Positions 40,138-49,558 of a stretch of 64,000 bases of DNA are shown in pieces. The stretch's first letter is position 1, and each line of letters opens with the position of its first letter. A model generated the notes under the pieces. The model was not told the DNA's origin. It saw nothing but the letters and a program-made list of their open reading frames with translations, and did no database searches. Made by a program: the position numbers and the translations under genes. Origin of the DNA: Candidatus Multivoradales bacterium (lineage in GTDB: Bacteria > Acidobacteriota > Thermoanaerobaculia > Multivoradales > J023); assembly GCA_965248925.1 (NCBI GenBank), contig CBDFLE010000006.1, forward strand, positions 256,001 through 320,000, read 5' to 3'.

Positions 40138-40560
40138 CTACGCCGGCCGAGTCTTGTTGGTCAAGTGCGGCGATTCGGGGCCCATCCATTCGCCTGTAGC
40201 AACCCAGATCTCGAAGTAGTAGAGCCACATTGCGGTCCAAGGGACGATCGATTCTGAGAGCTTCTTCGAGGGGGACCACCGCCAGTCCTTTGGCCAGTAC
40301 AAGCAAAGACTGCGGTCGCCGTAGATGTGTGGCGTAGCCGGCGGAAAGGAGAATCTTGGTAGAGTCACCTTGGGCGATTTCCCGCGGTTGTGCTCAATCC
40401 TCACCTGATACGAAGGGGACAGCTCAGTAGGTTGAAGATGTCCCGACCACGAAAGACCGCTCTTACGATTTGGGCGTCCTTCAAACTGCGGAAAGTGTTG
40501 CCACATGGAGGCGATCTGGTGCGAAGGGTTGTCATCTGAGGTTCTCCGGACGCGGCTCAA
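40138..40560 (-). CDS. Short E2 (ubiquitin-conjugating-like) protein of CBASS
   Basis: PHIYGDRSLCLYWP, IVPWTAMWLYYFEIW and TGEWMGPESPH pattern; overlaps the CD-NTase stop. Confidence 0.8.
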   Translation of the reverse strand: MSRVRRTSDDNPSHQIASMWQHFPQFEGRPNRKSGLSWSGHLQPTELSPSYQVRIEHNRGKSPKVTLPRFSFPPATPHIYGDRSLCLYWPKDWRWSPSKKLSESIVPWTAMWLYYFEIWVATGEWMGPESPHLTNKTRPA

Positions 40561-41597
40561 GGTCTGTCTCCATGAAAGCGCGTTGCAGTTGTCGAGATGC
40601 CATCCGGCCGGTCGGTAACTAAACCGGCTGGCGAAACATACGCCGCGCCGAGACTCCTCCCACTTGCCTCAAGGCTGGCGTGGCTCTTGACCTCTTCGTC
40701 CGTAGGCCAATGATCACCAAAAAGCGCTGACCAGCTGTCGATAGCCTCGTCCCGCTCACCGTCTACAGCCTTCCTGGCCTTCTTCGCCGCCTCTCGAATT
40801 CTGCGCATGAATGTCTCGAAGTGGCTTCTTTCCCAGCCAGTAGTGACAATGGCTCCCGTTTGAGGGTCAGGGATACGAGGAACGCCGATACCACTATCCA
40901 TGGGCTCTTCGTACTTCTCAGCGATATGTTCGAAGAAGCACATGAGAACCGTGTCGAGACCGTGACCTTCTGTCTCAATCGCTGCTGAGTCGATGGACTT
41001 GAAAGCCATGATCTCGAGAACATAACTCTTGATCCTACGATGCTTCATCTGGACATCACGCCACGACTTCAGCAGCTTGATGAGGCGAATCAAGTTGCCC
41101 TGGCTCTTTGCGTTGAGCGTCGAAAGACTCCTGGCGTATCCCAACGGATCAGAAACCAACCATTCTTCCTTTTTCCGATCCGGAATCTTTAGAGCTTTTT
41201 CAAGTCCGTTGGGAGCTACCGCCGGCACAATGTCCAGATGCACTTCCGGGTCTTCGAAGCAAAGGTGAATAGAGCGCCTTTGCGGTGATGCCTCGGCGGT
41301 CGCATCGGGATAGTCATCGAGAGCCTTCTTCAGCTCTCGCAGCACCGATTCTGGCGTTCGTTCGAGCGTCGCATCGTCATAGAACAGGAGTGTGTCAATA
41401 TCTTTGATGTCGAGGATCGCGGTTGACCGACTGTACGAACCGATGAGACGGGAATATGGGGCTACGGTCGTGAGATCGTCTCTCTCTTCGAGCCAGTCCC
41501 GAACTTGCGCGGGAAGCTCTCTTGCGTGTCTTGCTCGTTCGACAGATGGATTAACATTGTGCAGAAGTGCTGCGAAGTGTCTTGGGAGATTTGGCAT
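40557..41597 (-). CDS. CD-NTase (cGAS/DncV-like, SMODS nucleotidyltransferase)
   Basis: GSYSRSTAILDIKDID, LDIVPA, SDPLGY, IKLLKSWRD; C-terminal RFHGDRP. Confidence 0.9.
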   Translation of the reverse strand: MPNLPRHFAALLHNVNPSVERARHARELPAQVRDWLEERDDLTTVAPYSRLIGSYSRSTAILDIKDIDTLLFYDDATLERTPESVLRELKKALDDYPDATAEASPQRRSIHLCFEDPEVHLDIVPAVAPNGLEKALKIPDRKKEEWLVSDPLGYARSLSTLNAKSQGNLIRLIKLLKSWRDVQMKHRRIKSYVLEIMAFKSIDSAAIETEGHGLDTVLMCFFEHIAEKYEEPMDSGIGVPRIPDPQTGAIVTTGWERSHFETFMRRIREAAKKARKAVDGERDEAIDSWSALFGDHWPTDEEVKSHASLEASGRSLGAAYVSPAGLVTDRPDGISTTATRFHGDRP

Positions 41598-41669
41598 GAT
41601 GACTAGGTTGGTCCCCTTGATGTTGGTCGTTAGGCCGAGGAGTGTTGAGGGTTCAACAGTTCTGGTGAA

Positions 41670-43613
41670 TCACACTGTGCCACCCATCGCCGGCGAGACC
41701 AGGGTGATCGACCGCTCATAGCTCTTGTGCCCCTGTTTCTCGAAAGCGTATTCATACATCTGCACCCTGCCCAGGGTGTGGCTCAGCCGGCCAAGGGCCA
41801 AGGATAGTCCGATTGGCCCGGCAAGGAAAATGTGTGCTGTGTGGTGGTCGGAGGTCAGGCCGTCGATCCGAGCGATGAGCTGTTCGGCGAGAGCGCGGGC
41901 ATGGCCACCACCTTCGACGCCGGCCTGATCGGGTGTCTCGAAGCAGGCGTAGATCACCTTATTGACAACAGGTGGATCGAGGTCTTCGCGCTTCAAGTAG
42001 GCAGCGACCTTGTCGAGAATCGAGCGCGACATCTCAATGACGATGGCAATGTCCTCGGATGCCGGGTCGAGAGGAAAATCGTCAGTGATCCGCGCCTGAG
42101 ACGCGCCGGAATCCAGCCACTTGGGAGCGTTCGGCGGCTTGGGATCGCTGAAACGCCAGAGCTCACCGCTCTGGGTCATAGTGATCTCGCGCCAATCTTT
42201 GGCTGGTAGCAAAAAACCGGCCGTGAATCCGACGCTGAGCGGCGCGGTGATGGTGAAGTGGCAGGGGCTGGTCTGCGGCAGCTTTCTTTCCACCGTATCC
42301 CGTAGGGCATCCAAGATGGGGCCATTCCAGTAACAGGGGTCACGGACAAAACGCCCGTTGAAGTATTCCTCGAGATCGATCTCGTAGTCGCTCTGCTTGA
42401 CCGCGTGCTTGCCGCGGTCCCGGGTGTTGAAGATGGCGATCTTCTTTGCCGGGACCGCCGCGAAGTCTAGGTTGAGTACCCTGCCGTCTTTTGAGCGCAA
42501 GAAGAGGACGGGGGTTGACCGTTCTAGCTCGCCACTGGCCCCCTTGCGGTCGATGGCGAGCCGGCCTTCCGTAACGGCATCGTCGATCAGCGCATTGCGA
42601 TCGAGAGCGGCATAGAAGTCTCTGGTAAAGGCAGCTGCGGCATTTTCGGAGATGCTGAACTGCATGGCGACCACCGCCGGAACGCGGCGCGCGACCAACG
42701 CCGAGGCGACGCCGGCGAACGGATGATGTCCCTTGGCGTCGGCAGTCGGAATACAGCCAGTCGAGCACGAAGCAAGGGTAACCAGGCGCACGCTGTGGGG
42801 GATCTGGCGGGCCAGATCCTCTGCCGATACGAGGTGCTCGCTACCGTCCTCGCGTTCGAGAAAGAGGGCGCCGTCGCCCTCGGAGTTGAACCCACCGTGA
42901 CAGAGAATGTGCAGCGCGTGGTAAGGAACTAGATGTGCCTCGGCATCGACTAGCTCTTGGCGGAGAGCGTCGAGAGTTGGTTCCTCCAGCAGCCGGAGCT
43001 GCAGATATCGCGCCGAGCGAATCGCGTCTTTCAACACTTTCCTATGCCACGCTTTGTCAAACTTGCTGTAGCGATGACCGGGAGAGGTCTCAGGGTTCGG
43101 CGAGGCCACCAGACCGAGAATCTTGAGCGTTGGCGCCACGTCGAGGGCGGCGATCTTGTCGGGCAGGTCGAGATAGCGGGCGATGGGGGTCTCCCGCTCG
43201 CAACCGATGAAGCGAGCGGTGCCCGGATTGTAGAGCAGCTCCCAGGGCAGGCTGCCCAGAGCATGATTGTAGGGCTGGCCGAAGCTGAGGCGAAGTCGCA
43301 AGCCCTGGCCGGAGCCGAGCGCCGCCTCGCTCTGTTGAAAGGTCTTGCCGACTGCTCCGGAGAACAGGGTGTTGTAGAGCGCGGTGCCGATCTTCCGCGC
43401 CAACTCACGCCGCCGTGACGCGTGCTGATCACCCTGAATGAGCAGGCTCTCAAATTCCTGGACCCATGCTTCGATCGCGACCTGGTCGGCCGCGCGCATT
43501 GTAAAGCGAGCACGAGGTCGGTCTCGGGGCGATTCGAGTACTCGGATCTCCGGTTTCTGGCAGCAACACTGTCCGAGCTCGATCTCAAAATCTTGATAGC
43601 TAACTGTGCTCAT
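41670..43613 (-). CDS. CHAT (caspase-like protease)-SAVED fusion effector
   Basis: LPWELL, HILCHGG and LASCSTG dyad, VVAMQF; SAVED halves IDLEEYFNGR...APLSVGFTAG and HIFLAGPIGLSLALG...VQMYEY. Confidence 0.88.
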   Translation of the reverse strand: MSTVSYQDFEIELGQCCCQKPEIRVLESPRDRPRARFTMRAADQVAIEAWVQEFESLLIQGDQHASRRRELARKIGTALYNTLFSGAVGKTFQQSEAALGSGQGLRLRLSFGQPYNHALGSLPWELLYNPGTARFIGCERETPIARYLDLPDKIAALDVAPTLKILGLVASPNPETSPGHRYSKFDKAWHRKVLKDAIRSARYLQLRLLEEPTLDALRQELVDAEAHLVPYHALHILCHGGFNSEGDGALFLEREDGSEHLVSAEDLARQIPHSVRLVTLASCSTGCIPTADAKGHHPFAGVASALVARRVPAVVAMQFSISENAAAAFTRDFYAALDRNALIDDAVTEGRLAIDRKGASGELERSTPVLFLRSKDGRVLNLDFAAVPAKKIAIFNTRDRGKHAVKQSDYEIDLEEYFNGRFVRDPCYWNGPILDALRDTVERKLPQTSPCHFTITAPLSVGFTAGFLLPAKDWREITMTQSGELWRFSDPKPPNAPKWLDSGASQARITDDFPLDPASEDIAIVIEMSRSILDKVAAYLKREDLDPPVVNKVIYACFETPDQAGVEGGGHARALAEQLIARIDGLTSDHHTAHIFLAGPIGLSLALGRLSHTLGRVQMYEYAFEKQGHKSYERSITLVSPAMGGTV

Positions 43614-43743
43614 GCTTGAATCCCTGTCTAGAGGTATGACCGTAGGAAAGTTGATGGCAAGTGCCGCACGGGTGTCGAGACCTGCTCGCTAGCAGCCGGC
43701 GCCTCCCGAGAGTGGTTCTCGGGAGAGCTGCCTGATGCTTCAG

Positions 43744-44088
43744 TCAAGAGGTTGATTTCTTGGCTGTAGCACGAAGACCGCTCTTTGGCGGCGTAGGGTT
43801 GGCCGTGCCGTCGTCGTGACTCTTTTGCTGCCCCGGCATGGCTTCCACACCGAGGCCCGGCCGGGGACGATCCTTGGGTGCTGCCGGAAAGCTGTCATCG
43901 CCAGCGGCTGGTGCGTGCTTGCTGGTGGCACGGAGCGAGTTCGCTCCCTTGGGCTTGTCCTGACGTTCAGTTCCGCTGTCAGGCGCGCGGTCAGCGGCTG
44001 ACGGGTCAGAACTCGGGTCGGCAGCGGAGGTCGTTGGGGAAGAGCTGCTGGACGGCTTCTGCTGCGGGGCTTCGTGCATCTGGATCAC
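43744..44088 (-). CDS. Small low-complexity hypothetical protein
   Basis: 114-aa ORF preceded by AAGGAG; Ser/Pro/Ala rich. Confidence 0.4.
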   Translation of the reverse strand: MIQMHEAPQQKPSSSSSPTTSAADPSSDPSAADRAPDSGTERQDKPKGANSLRATSKHAPAAGDDSFPAAPKDRPRPGLGVEAMPGQQKSHDDGTANPTPPKSGLRATAKKSTS

Positions 44089-44214
44089 TCCTTGCTTGGG
44101 GGTAGACGGCGGTCTGGGCGGGTAAGGCTGCGGTGCCTCGCCGCCGCCCCTCTGACTGCTTCGGAGTGTTGGTTCCCGCTGCGCGAGACTTCTAGGAAGA
44201 AAGTTCGAGAAAGG

Positions 44215-47200
44215 TCAGCCGTCGCCCTGGAGGACGAAGGGAGCCCAGTAGCGGGGTGCCGAGTAGCCATCCTGGGCCCGTAGCCAGCGCTGGGCATAGC
44301 GTAGCGCGGCTGCCGGAGTGCGACCGTGGGCCAGCATCTGCCGGTAGAACTCCGCCATCAGCAAAGACGCGGCGACATCGTCGACGCTCCACAGGCTGAC
44401 CAGCACCTGGCTGCTGCCCGCGTGGAAGAACCCCTGGGTCAAGCCGAGTAGCCCATCGCTACGGACTCTCTGGCCGAGGGCGGTCTGACAGCCACTCAGG
44501 ACCGTTAGATCGCTGGCCAGATGGAGGCTGTCGATCTCGTGCAGATACAACCCGCCGTCGACCTCACGACCGGCCCGATCGACCCTGGTCAGCAGCAGCC
44601 CTGAGAGTTCGGGGAAGCGCTCGTCAACCCAGGCATGGGTGGCGAAGTGGAGGATTCGGTAGGCTCCGAGATCGGCCGCCAGCACCGCCTGCTTGGTCGC
44701 CTGCCAGCCACGCAGCTGGAGCTGCTGATCGGCGGCGACTAACTCGCCAATGGCATCGGCCTCGAATGCCGTGGCCGGCAGACGAGGGAGCGGGCCATCG
44801 GGAAGGCGGTCGATGGAAACACCGCGGTCCGCTGGGACTGCGATCGCAGCCGGCTGTAGGGATCGCGGAGCTGCCGCGGAAGGCGAGTTTGCTGGTAGTC
44901 CGCCGGAGAGAAATCTTGAGTCACTAGCCGAGAAGACGGCATCGGCAAAGACCGCTACGCTCTTGTCAGCCTGCGCGCGACCTTCACGCCGCGCCCGCAA
45001 GGCAGCGAGTACCGAAGCCGAAGGAACCATGACCACTTCGAAATCTTCGAGCACCAGCCGGGGGCCGGCAGCGCCTCGATCTCCTCCTTCTGCTCGCGGA
45101 CTGGGCAGCACGCCGAAGGGAAGGTAGTGCAGCACTCCCTGGGCGATGATCAATAGGTGGCGGGTGCCGCTGGGAATGGCAGACTCCGGGAGCAACATTC
45201 GGCCCAGTTGGTCGGCGATCAAAAGCCACTGATCATTGTCCTGATCGGTGGACTTCAGGGCGGCATAGAGACCTTCGGCGTGGGCTTCCAAAACGGCTTG
45301 CGGGGGCAGGTCGAAAACCGCCAGGTGGCGAGAGGTCAGGGTCAGCAGGTGGCTCGACTCGGCACCGAGCACGTAGGTCAAGAGAACGCTCTCAGGTCCG
45401 AGCAGCGCCTGCGCCTCAGCGACAGTGATCGGCCGCGGCGATGCCAACAGCCCGCTGCTCCGTGCGGCAACTCGGCGAGTGGCGCGCTCGTCCTCCAGAT
45501 CGAGCTGTAGGTGGCGAATCTCCACCTCGATCTCGGCAACCGCAGAATCTCCGCTGGCAGGCCCTGCAGCCGCTTCCTGGCGCTTGGTGGCGAGGGCCGA
45601 AAGACGCTCCTGCAGCGCGCTCATGCGACTGTCTCGGCGAAGATTGGCCGCCATCTCGGCACCGGATCGGGTCGCCACGACCAGCTCGACGAGGCGGCGC
45701 GCACGAGTCTGGTCTGCGACCTCGAAGGCGCGCCCCAGGTCCGCTGCATCTCCCCTGCTGCGGTAGCGTGCGAGCAACAACGACACCTCCAGTGCGGCGT
45801 AGTCCTGCCACAGACCGATCGGCCGGAAACGATGTCCCTGCTCGCGGGCGCGCTCCCGCAGCGCCTCGACGATGTCGAGAGCCTTTCGAGCATGGTCCAG
45901 GGCACCGTCGAGGTCGTCGCGATGGCGGGCCAGGCGTGCCAGGCAGTAGTCGGTGTGGGAGCGGTCGTAGGCACCAACGTCGCCCTGCTCGCCGGCCTGC
46001 CCAACAGCGAGCGCGCTCAAGAAGAGCACAGCGGCTTCGGCGTGGCGGTCGGTCTCGGCGAACATGCAACCCAAGTTGGTACGGATGGTCGCCACGTAGC
46101 CCTCGGCATCCTTGAGCGAAGCGGCGATAGACGAGGCCCGCCGGTAGGATTCCTCCGCAGCCACCCGATCGCCGGTAGCGAGCAGCAGGCTACCCAGCCG
46201 ATCGAGCACGCCGGCCTCGCTCCAGCGATCCTCGTCCGCGCGGCGGAGAGAAAGCGCTTGCCGTAGGGGCTCCAGCCCCTGCTGCGACTCGCCACGCAAG
46301 TGGTGGATCCAAGCAATCGCCGCCAGAACTCCCGCCTCGCGCCGGCCAGCCCCCTCCTGCCGCACCAGCTCGAGGGCCTCGGCCAACACATCGAGCGCCT
46401 CCTGGTGATGATCGATGGTGCCTAGGGCCTCCCCCAGATTGTGCAATGCCTGGGCGGTCTCCAGCGGGTCGTCCATCGTCCGCCACAAGTCGAGCGCTCG
46501 CCGATAGCGATCCTGTGCCCGGTAGGGATCGCCAAGCTGCCAATCGACCAGTCCGCGGTTGGTCAGGGTCGCGGCTTCTCCCCGCGAATCACCGGCCCGG
46601 CGCGCCAGGGCCACGGTCTGGTCCAGGATCGTGGCGGCGCGATCCAGCTGGCCGGCTCGCGCCAGAGCACGACCTTCCCGAGCGCCAAGATTGACCCGCA
46701 GGCTGACCAGCCCGGCAGCTTCGGCGATCGCCGAGGCAGTTACGAAGCTCTCGATCGCCCGGTCCAGAAACCCGGCTTCAGCGAGCGCGTCCGCCAGCTC
46801 CCGCCAGGCGCCGGTAGCGCCGAGGGGCTCACCTGCCAAGGTCCACAGTCGGGCGGCCTCGGCGAATGCTGCGCGCTGGGCTTCGGGCTCCAGCGCCGAC
46901 CGCGCAAGGCGAAAAACTCGGGTCGCCTCGGCGCATCTTCGATCCTCCCCGGTCGCCGGACGCGAGTGCAAGATGCGCACCGCGTACCGGCCACCCGCTC
47001 GATACGGCCGGATGCCGATCTGGTAGATCCCTGCCTGGCGACTTATCCAGCAGACTCGCTCAGCGGCCAGAATGCCTAGTCGGTCGATGGTCAGGAGGGT
47101 CTGGCCATCGGGCGCCGTGACCTCGACCACTAGATCGACTTGGTCCTGGGTGGCTTGGAGCAAAACCGCGTGGCCCTGGGGAAGATCGAGCTGGTATTGA

Positions 47201-47457
47201 TGCTGGCTTCCTGATGAGAGAGAGGCAGTGCGTAGGACATCAACTTCGAGCGCGCTCTGCGGTATGACCCGTTCCGTGAGCTCGGGCAGCGCCAGGGCTG
47301 GCGATCCGGCCTGGGGCGGTTGATAGCCCGCGCGAGGATCTTCAGGGGTGCAGGCACTGAGCCCACCGAGCGCCACCAGCACAATGATAGTGGTCAGCGA
47401 ACAGCGCCGAGTCCAAAGCCGCCGGCGGCGAGCTGCTGGCGTCTCGAGGGGCGCCAT
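44215..47457 (-). CDS. TPR-CHAT protease, probable lipoprotein
   Basis: LSAC lipobox after a hydrophobic stretch, TPR repeats, LHFATHA and LSGCQT dyad, YWAPFVLQG. Confidence 0.88.
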   Translation of the reverse strand: MAPLETPAARRRRLWTRRCSLTTIIVLVALGGLSACTPEDPRAGYQPPQAGSPALALPELTERVIPQSALEVDVLRTASLSSGSQHQYQLDLPQGHAVLLQATQDQVDLVVEVTAPDGQTLLTIDRLGILAAERVCWISRQAGIYQIGIRPYRAGGRYAVRILHSRPATGEDRRCAEATRVFRLARSALEPEAQRAAFAEAARLWTLAGEPLGATGAWRELADALAEAGFLDRAIESFVTASAIAEAAGLVSLRVNLGAREGRALARAGQLDRAATILDQTVALARRAGDSRGEAATLTNRGLVDWQLGDPYRAQDRYRRALDLWRTMDDPLETAQALHNLGEALGTIDHHQEALDVLAEALELVRQEGAGRREAGVLAAIAWIHHLRGESQQGLEPLRQALSLRRADEDRWSEAGVLDRLGSLLLATGDRVAAEESYRRASSIAASLKDAEGYVATIRTNLGCMFAETDRHAEAAVLFLSALAVGQAGEQGDVGAYDRSHTDYCLARLARHRDDLDGALDHARKALDIVEALRERAREQGHRFRPIGLWQDYAALEVSLLLARYRSRGDAADLGRAFEVADQTRARRLVELVVATRSGAEMAANLRRDSRMSALQERLSALATKRQEAAAGPASGDSAVAEIEVEIRHLQLDLEDERATRRVAARSSGLLASPRPITVAEAQALLGPESVLLTYVLGAESSHLLTLTSRHLAVFDLPPQAVLEAHAEGLYAALKSTDQDNDQWLLIADQLGRMLLPESAIPSGTRHLLIIAQGVLHYLPFGVLPSPRAEGGDRGAAGPRLVLEDFEVVMVPSASVLAALRARREGRAQADKSVAVFADAVFSASDSRFLSGGLPANSPSAAAPRSLQPAAIAVPADRGVSIDRLPDGPLPRLPATAFEADAIGELVAADQQLQLRGWQATKQAVLAADLGAYRILHFATHAWVDERFPELSGLLLTRVDRAGREVDGGLYLHEIDSLHLASDLTVLSGCQTALGQRVRSDGLLGLTQGFFHAGSSQVLVSLWSVDDVAASLLMAEFYRQMLAHGRTPAAALRYAQRWLRAQDGYSAPRYWAPFVLQGDG

Positions 47458-47458
47458 C

Positions 47459-48310
47459 TCATTCGGCGTAACGCAGTCGCAGGTTGTAGGCGGCAAGCTC
47501 GGTGGGCGCTGGTAGATCGGTTGTGGAGCCGGCAGAGTTGGAGCCACGGGTGCCGTATAGCCGTACGGTCCAAACACCTGCCGGCCAGCTGGACCGCTCG
47601 ACCAGGAAGGTGATGCGCCCCTGGTGATCTCGGGCCAGGTTCTCGCGACGCAAAATCTGCCGATCGTTCTCGTCATAAACCTCAGCAAAGTACCGGTCGT
47701 AGGTGGTCAGATCACCAGTTTTCAAGGTGGGAACCAGTGGGCCGGCACCTGCCGGGATCACCACCTCCCGCAGGCTCTCAGCACTGCGCAGAATGGCTGA
47801 GCCGTCCGGCGCCAGGCCAAAAACGAAGGGAGAACCAAGTTCCGCCACAGCGCTACCTTCAGGCACAAGCTTGGGAGAGCCGCTGTCGAAGGTGTCCCTC
47901 AGCACCATGCCACCTAGGGCGAGAGCCAGCAGCGCCGCGGTCAGCCAACCCCAACGCTGCCCATGGGACCAAGCGGCGGCTGGCCCTTGGCTCTCGCTCG
48001 CCCGAGCCTGCTTGAAGCGTTGCCAACTGCGGCGAGTGTCGAGTTCCGAGGGGAGCTGCGGCGATCCTTCGGGAACCACTGCGTCGAAAGCCTTGAGAGC
48101 CAGCAAATCTTCCTGGCAAGCCTCGCAGAGGATCACATGATCACCCACCTGGGCGTGCTCCGGCTCCCCGAGTCGGCCTTCCTGGTAAGCCAAGAGTGCA
48201 TCGCTTTCGGGGTGCCCAGTCAAGGCACGCTCCCGCTGAGCGGCCCAAGCCCGGGCAGCCGCTCGGAACTCTGGCTCGAGGTCGACTTGAGGGTCCTTTC
48301 GATCAGACAT
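47459..48310 (-). CDS. zf-HC2 anti-sigma factor-like membrane protein
   Basis: HVILCEAC zinc motif and one transmembrane helix; directly after the sigma gene. Confidence 0.8.
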   Translation of the reverse strand: MSDRKDPQVDLEPEFRAAARAWAAQRERALTGHPESDALLAYQEGRLGEPEHAQVGDHVILCEACQEDLLALKAFDAVVPEGSPQLPSELDTRRSWQRFKQARASESQGPAAAWSHGQRWGWLTAALLALALGGMVLRDTFDSGSPKLVPEGSAVAELGSPFVFGLAPDGSAILRSAESLREVVIPAGAGPLVPTLKTGDLTTYDRYFAEVYDENDRQILRRENLARDHQGRITFLVERSSWPAGVWTVRLYGTRGSNSAGSTTDLPAPTELAAYNLRLRYAE

Positions 48311-48320
48311 AGGTCAAATC

Positions 48321-48896
48321 TCAGCGCGGCGAGCCACGGGGAGGCCGGAGAACGGCCTGGCGTAGCTTGGCGCGGGCTTGCTGGAGCCGCGAGGTTACAA
48401 GACCTAGCGGAATCCCTAGAATGGAGGCTATCTGCTCGTAGGAGCGACCGCCCGCAGCTAACACCAGCGGCTCGCGGAATTTCCCCTGTAGGTCGCCGAT
48501 TTTCCGCCGCACCAAGTTCAACTCCTGACGGTCGCTGGCCAGCAATTCCGGCCCGGCTTGGTCGTCCAGCAGCTGGATAGGTGCTCGATGGACGTCGCCC
48601 GGTAGCCGATCGAGGGGCAACTCGCTGGCGCTTCGTTTGCCGGCATAGCGAGCTTGTCGCTGTTTCAAACAACGGTTCTTGGCGATCCCAACGATCCAGG
48701 TATCGAGATCGCTGCGGCCCTGAAACTGCCCTCGATTGAGAGAGCGTTGCGCCAGAAGGAACGTCTCCTGAACCAGGTCTTCCGCATCTTCGGCCGAGAA
48801 ACCGAATCGCTGAATCTTGGCAAATAACTTGGGTAGAATTCGCCTGTGATCCGCTCGAGTGAGTTGATACCCCGACTGCCTTTCGTCGCCTGCCAT
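48321..48896 (-). CDS. ECF RNA polymerase sigma factor
   Basis: DAEDLVQETF, TWIVGIAKN, SYEQIASILGIPLGLVTSRL. Confidence 0.9.
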   Translation of the reverse strand: MAGDERQSGYQLTRADHRRILPKLFAKIQRFGFSAEDAEDLVQETFLLAQRSLNRGQFQGRSDLDTWIVGIAKNRCLKQRQARYAGKRSASELPLDRLPGDVHRAPIQLLDDQAGPELLASDRQELNLVRRKIGDLQGKFREPLVLAAGGRSYEQIASILGIPLGLVTSRLQQARAKLRQAVLRPPRGSPR

Positions 48897-49558
48897 TCCG
48901 TTCCCAATTACCGCAGCGCCCGGCGGACAGCCACCAGCCAGCAGCACTGGCGGAGCCGCCCCTACAACCCAATCCCCTGAAATTCCCAATCTCGTTGCTC
49001 TCAGATCGACGCGTCATCATAGCCTATTGCCCCTAGTTGGCAGAAGAGGAAGAACTCGGCTCGCAAACCTGAAGAGGTCGCAGCAATCGGCTCCTCTTCT
49101 CTGTTGGTTCCCATCGGAGTCACAATCTTGAGGTACCGGCCACGAGATGCAGGCGGTCCAGGGTATCCCGCACCCCCTTCCAATCTCAGCTCTGACCTGA
49201 GCCCCCTCGCCCTGCTTTCTGGGGTCCTTCAGAGGGTCTCTCTCCATCAACAAACGAGGTGAAGTCACGCATCGAGCGAAGAACGTCACCAATGGGTGGC
49301 GCTCACCAATGCCGCGTCCGCCCCGGCTCCAGCTTGCTCGTCGAGCCAAGAGGGTAGCGAACAGGCCAATTGCCGGCCACTGCTCAGCCCAGATGGTTTG
49401 GTCCTGAACCCAGAAGGTACCGAGGGAAGCTTGACAACACGGATGGGCTAGGCCCCGCCGCTATCGGCCTCGCTGTGTGAACTCGAGGACCGGAAGGCCG
49501 ACGAAGCGGGTGGAACTGCCAGGCAGGCGAACCGCCAGCCGGCAGTCCATTGCAGCCA

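Noticed and set aside
44215-47457. TPR-CHAT as Csx29 of a type III-E Craspase
   Set aside because: No Cas7-11; the effector is multi-subunit with Cas10, and this protein has a lipobox
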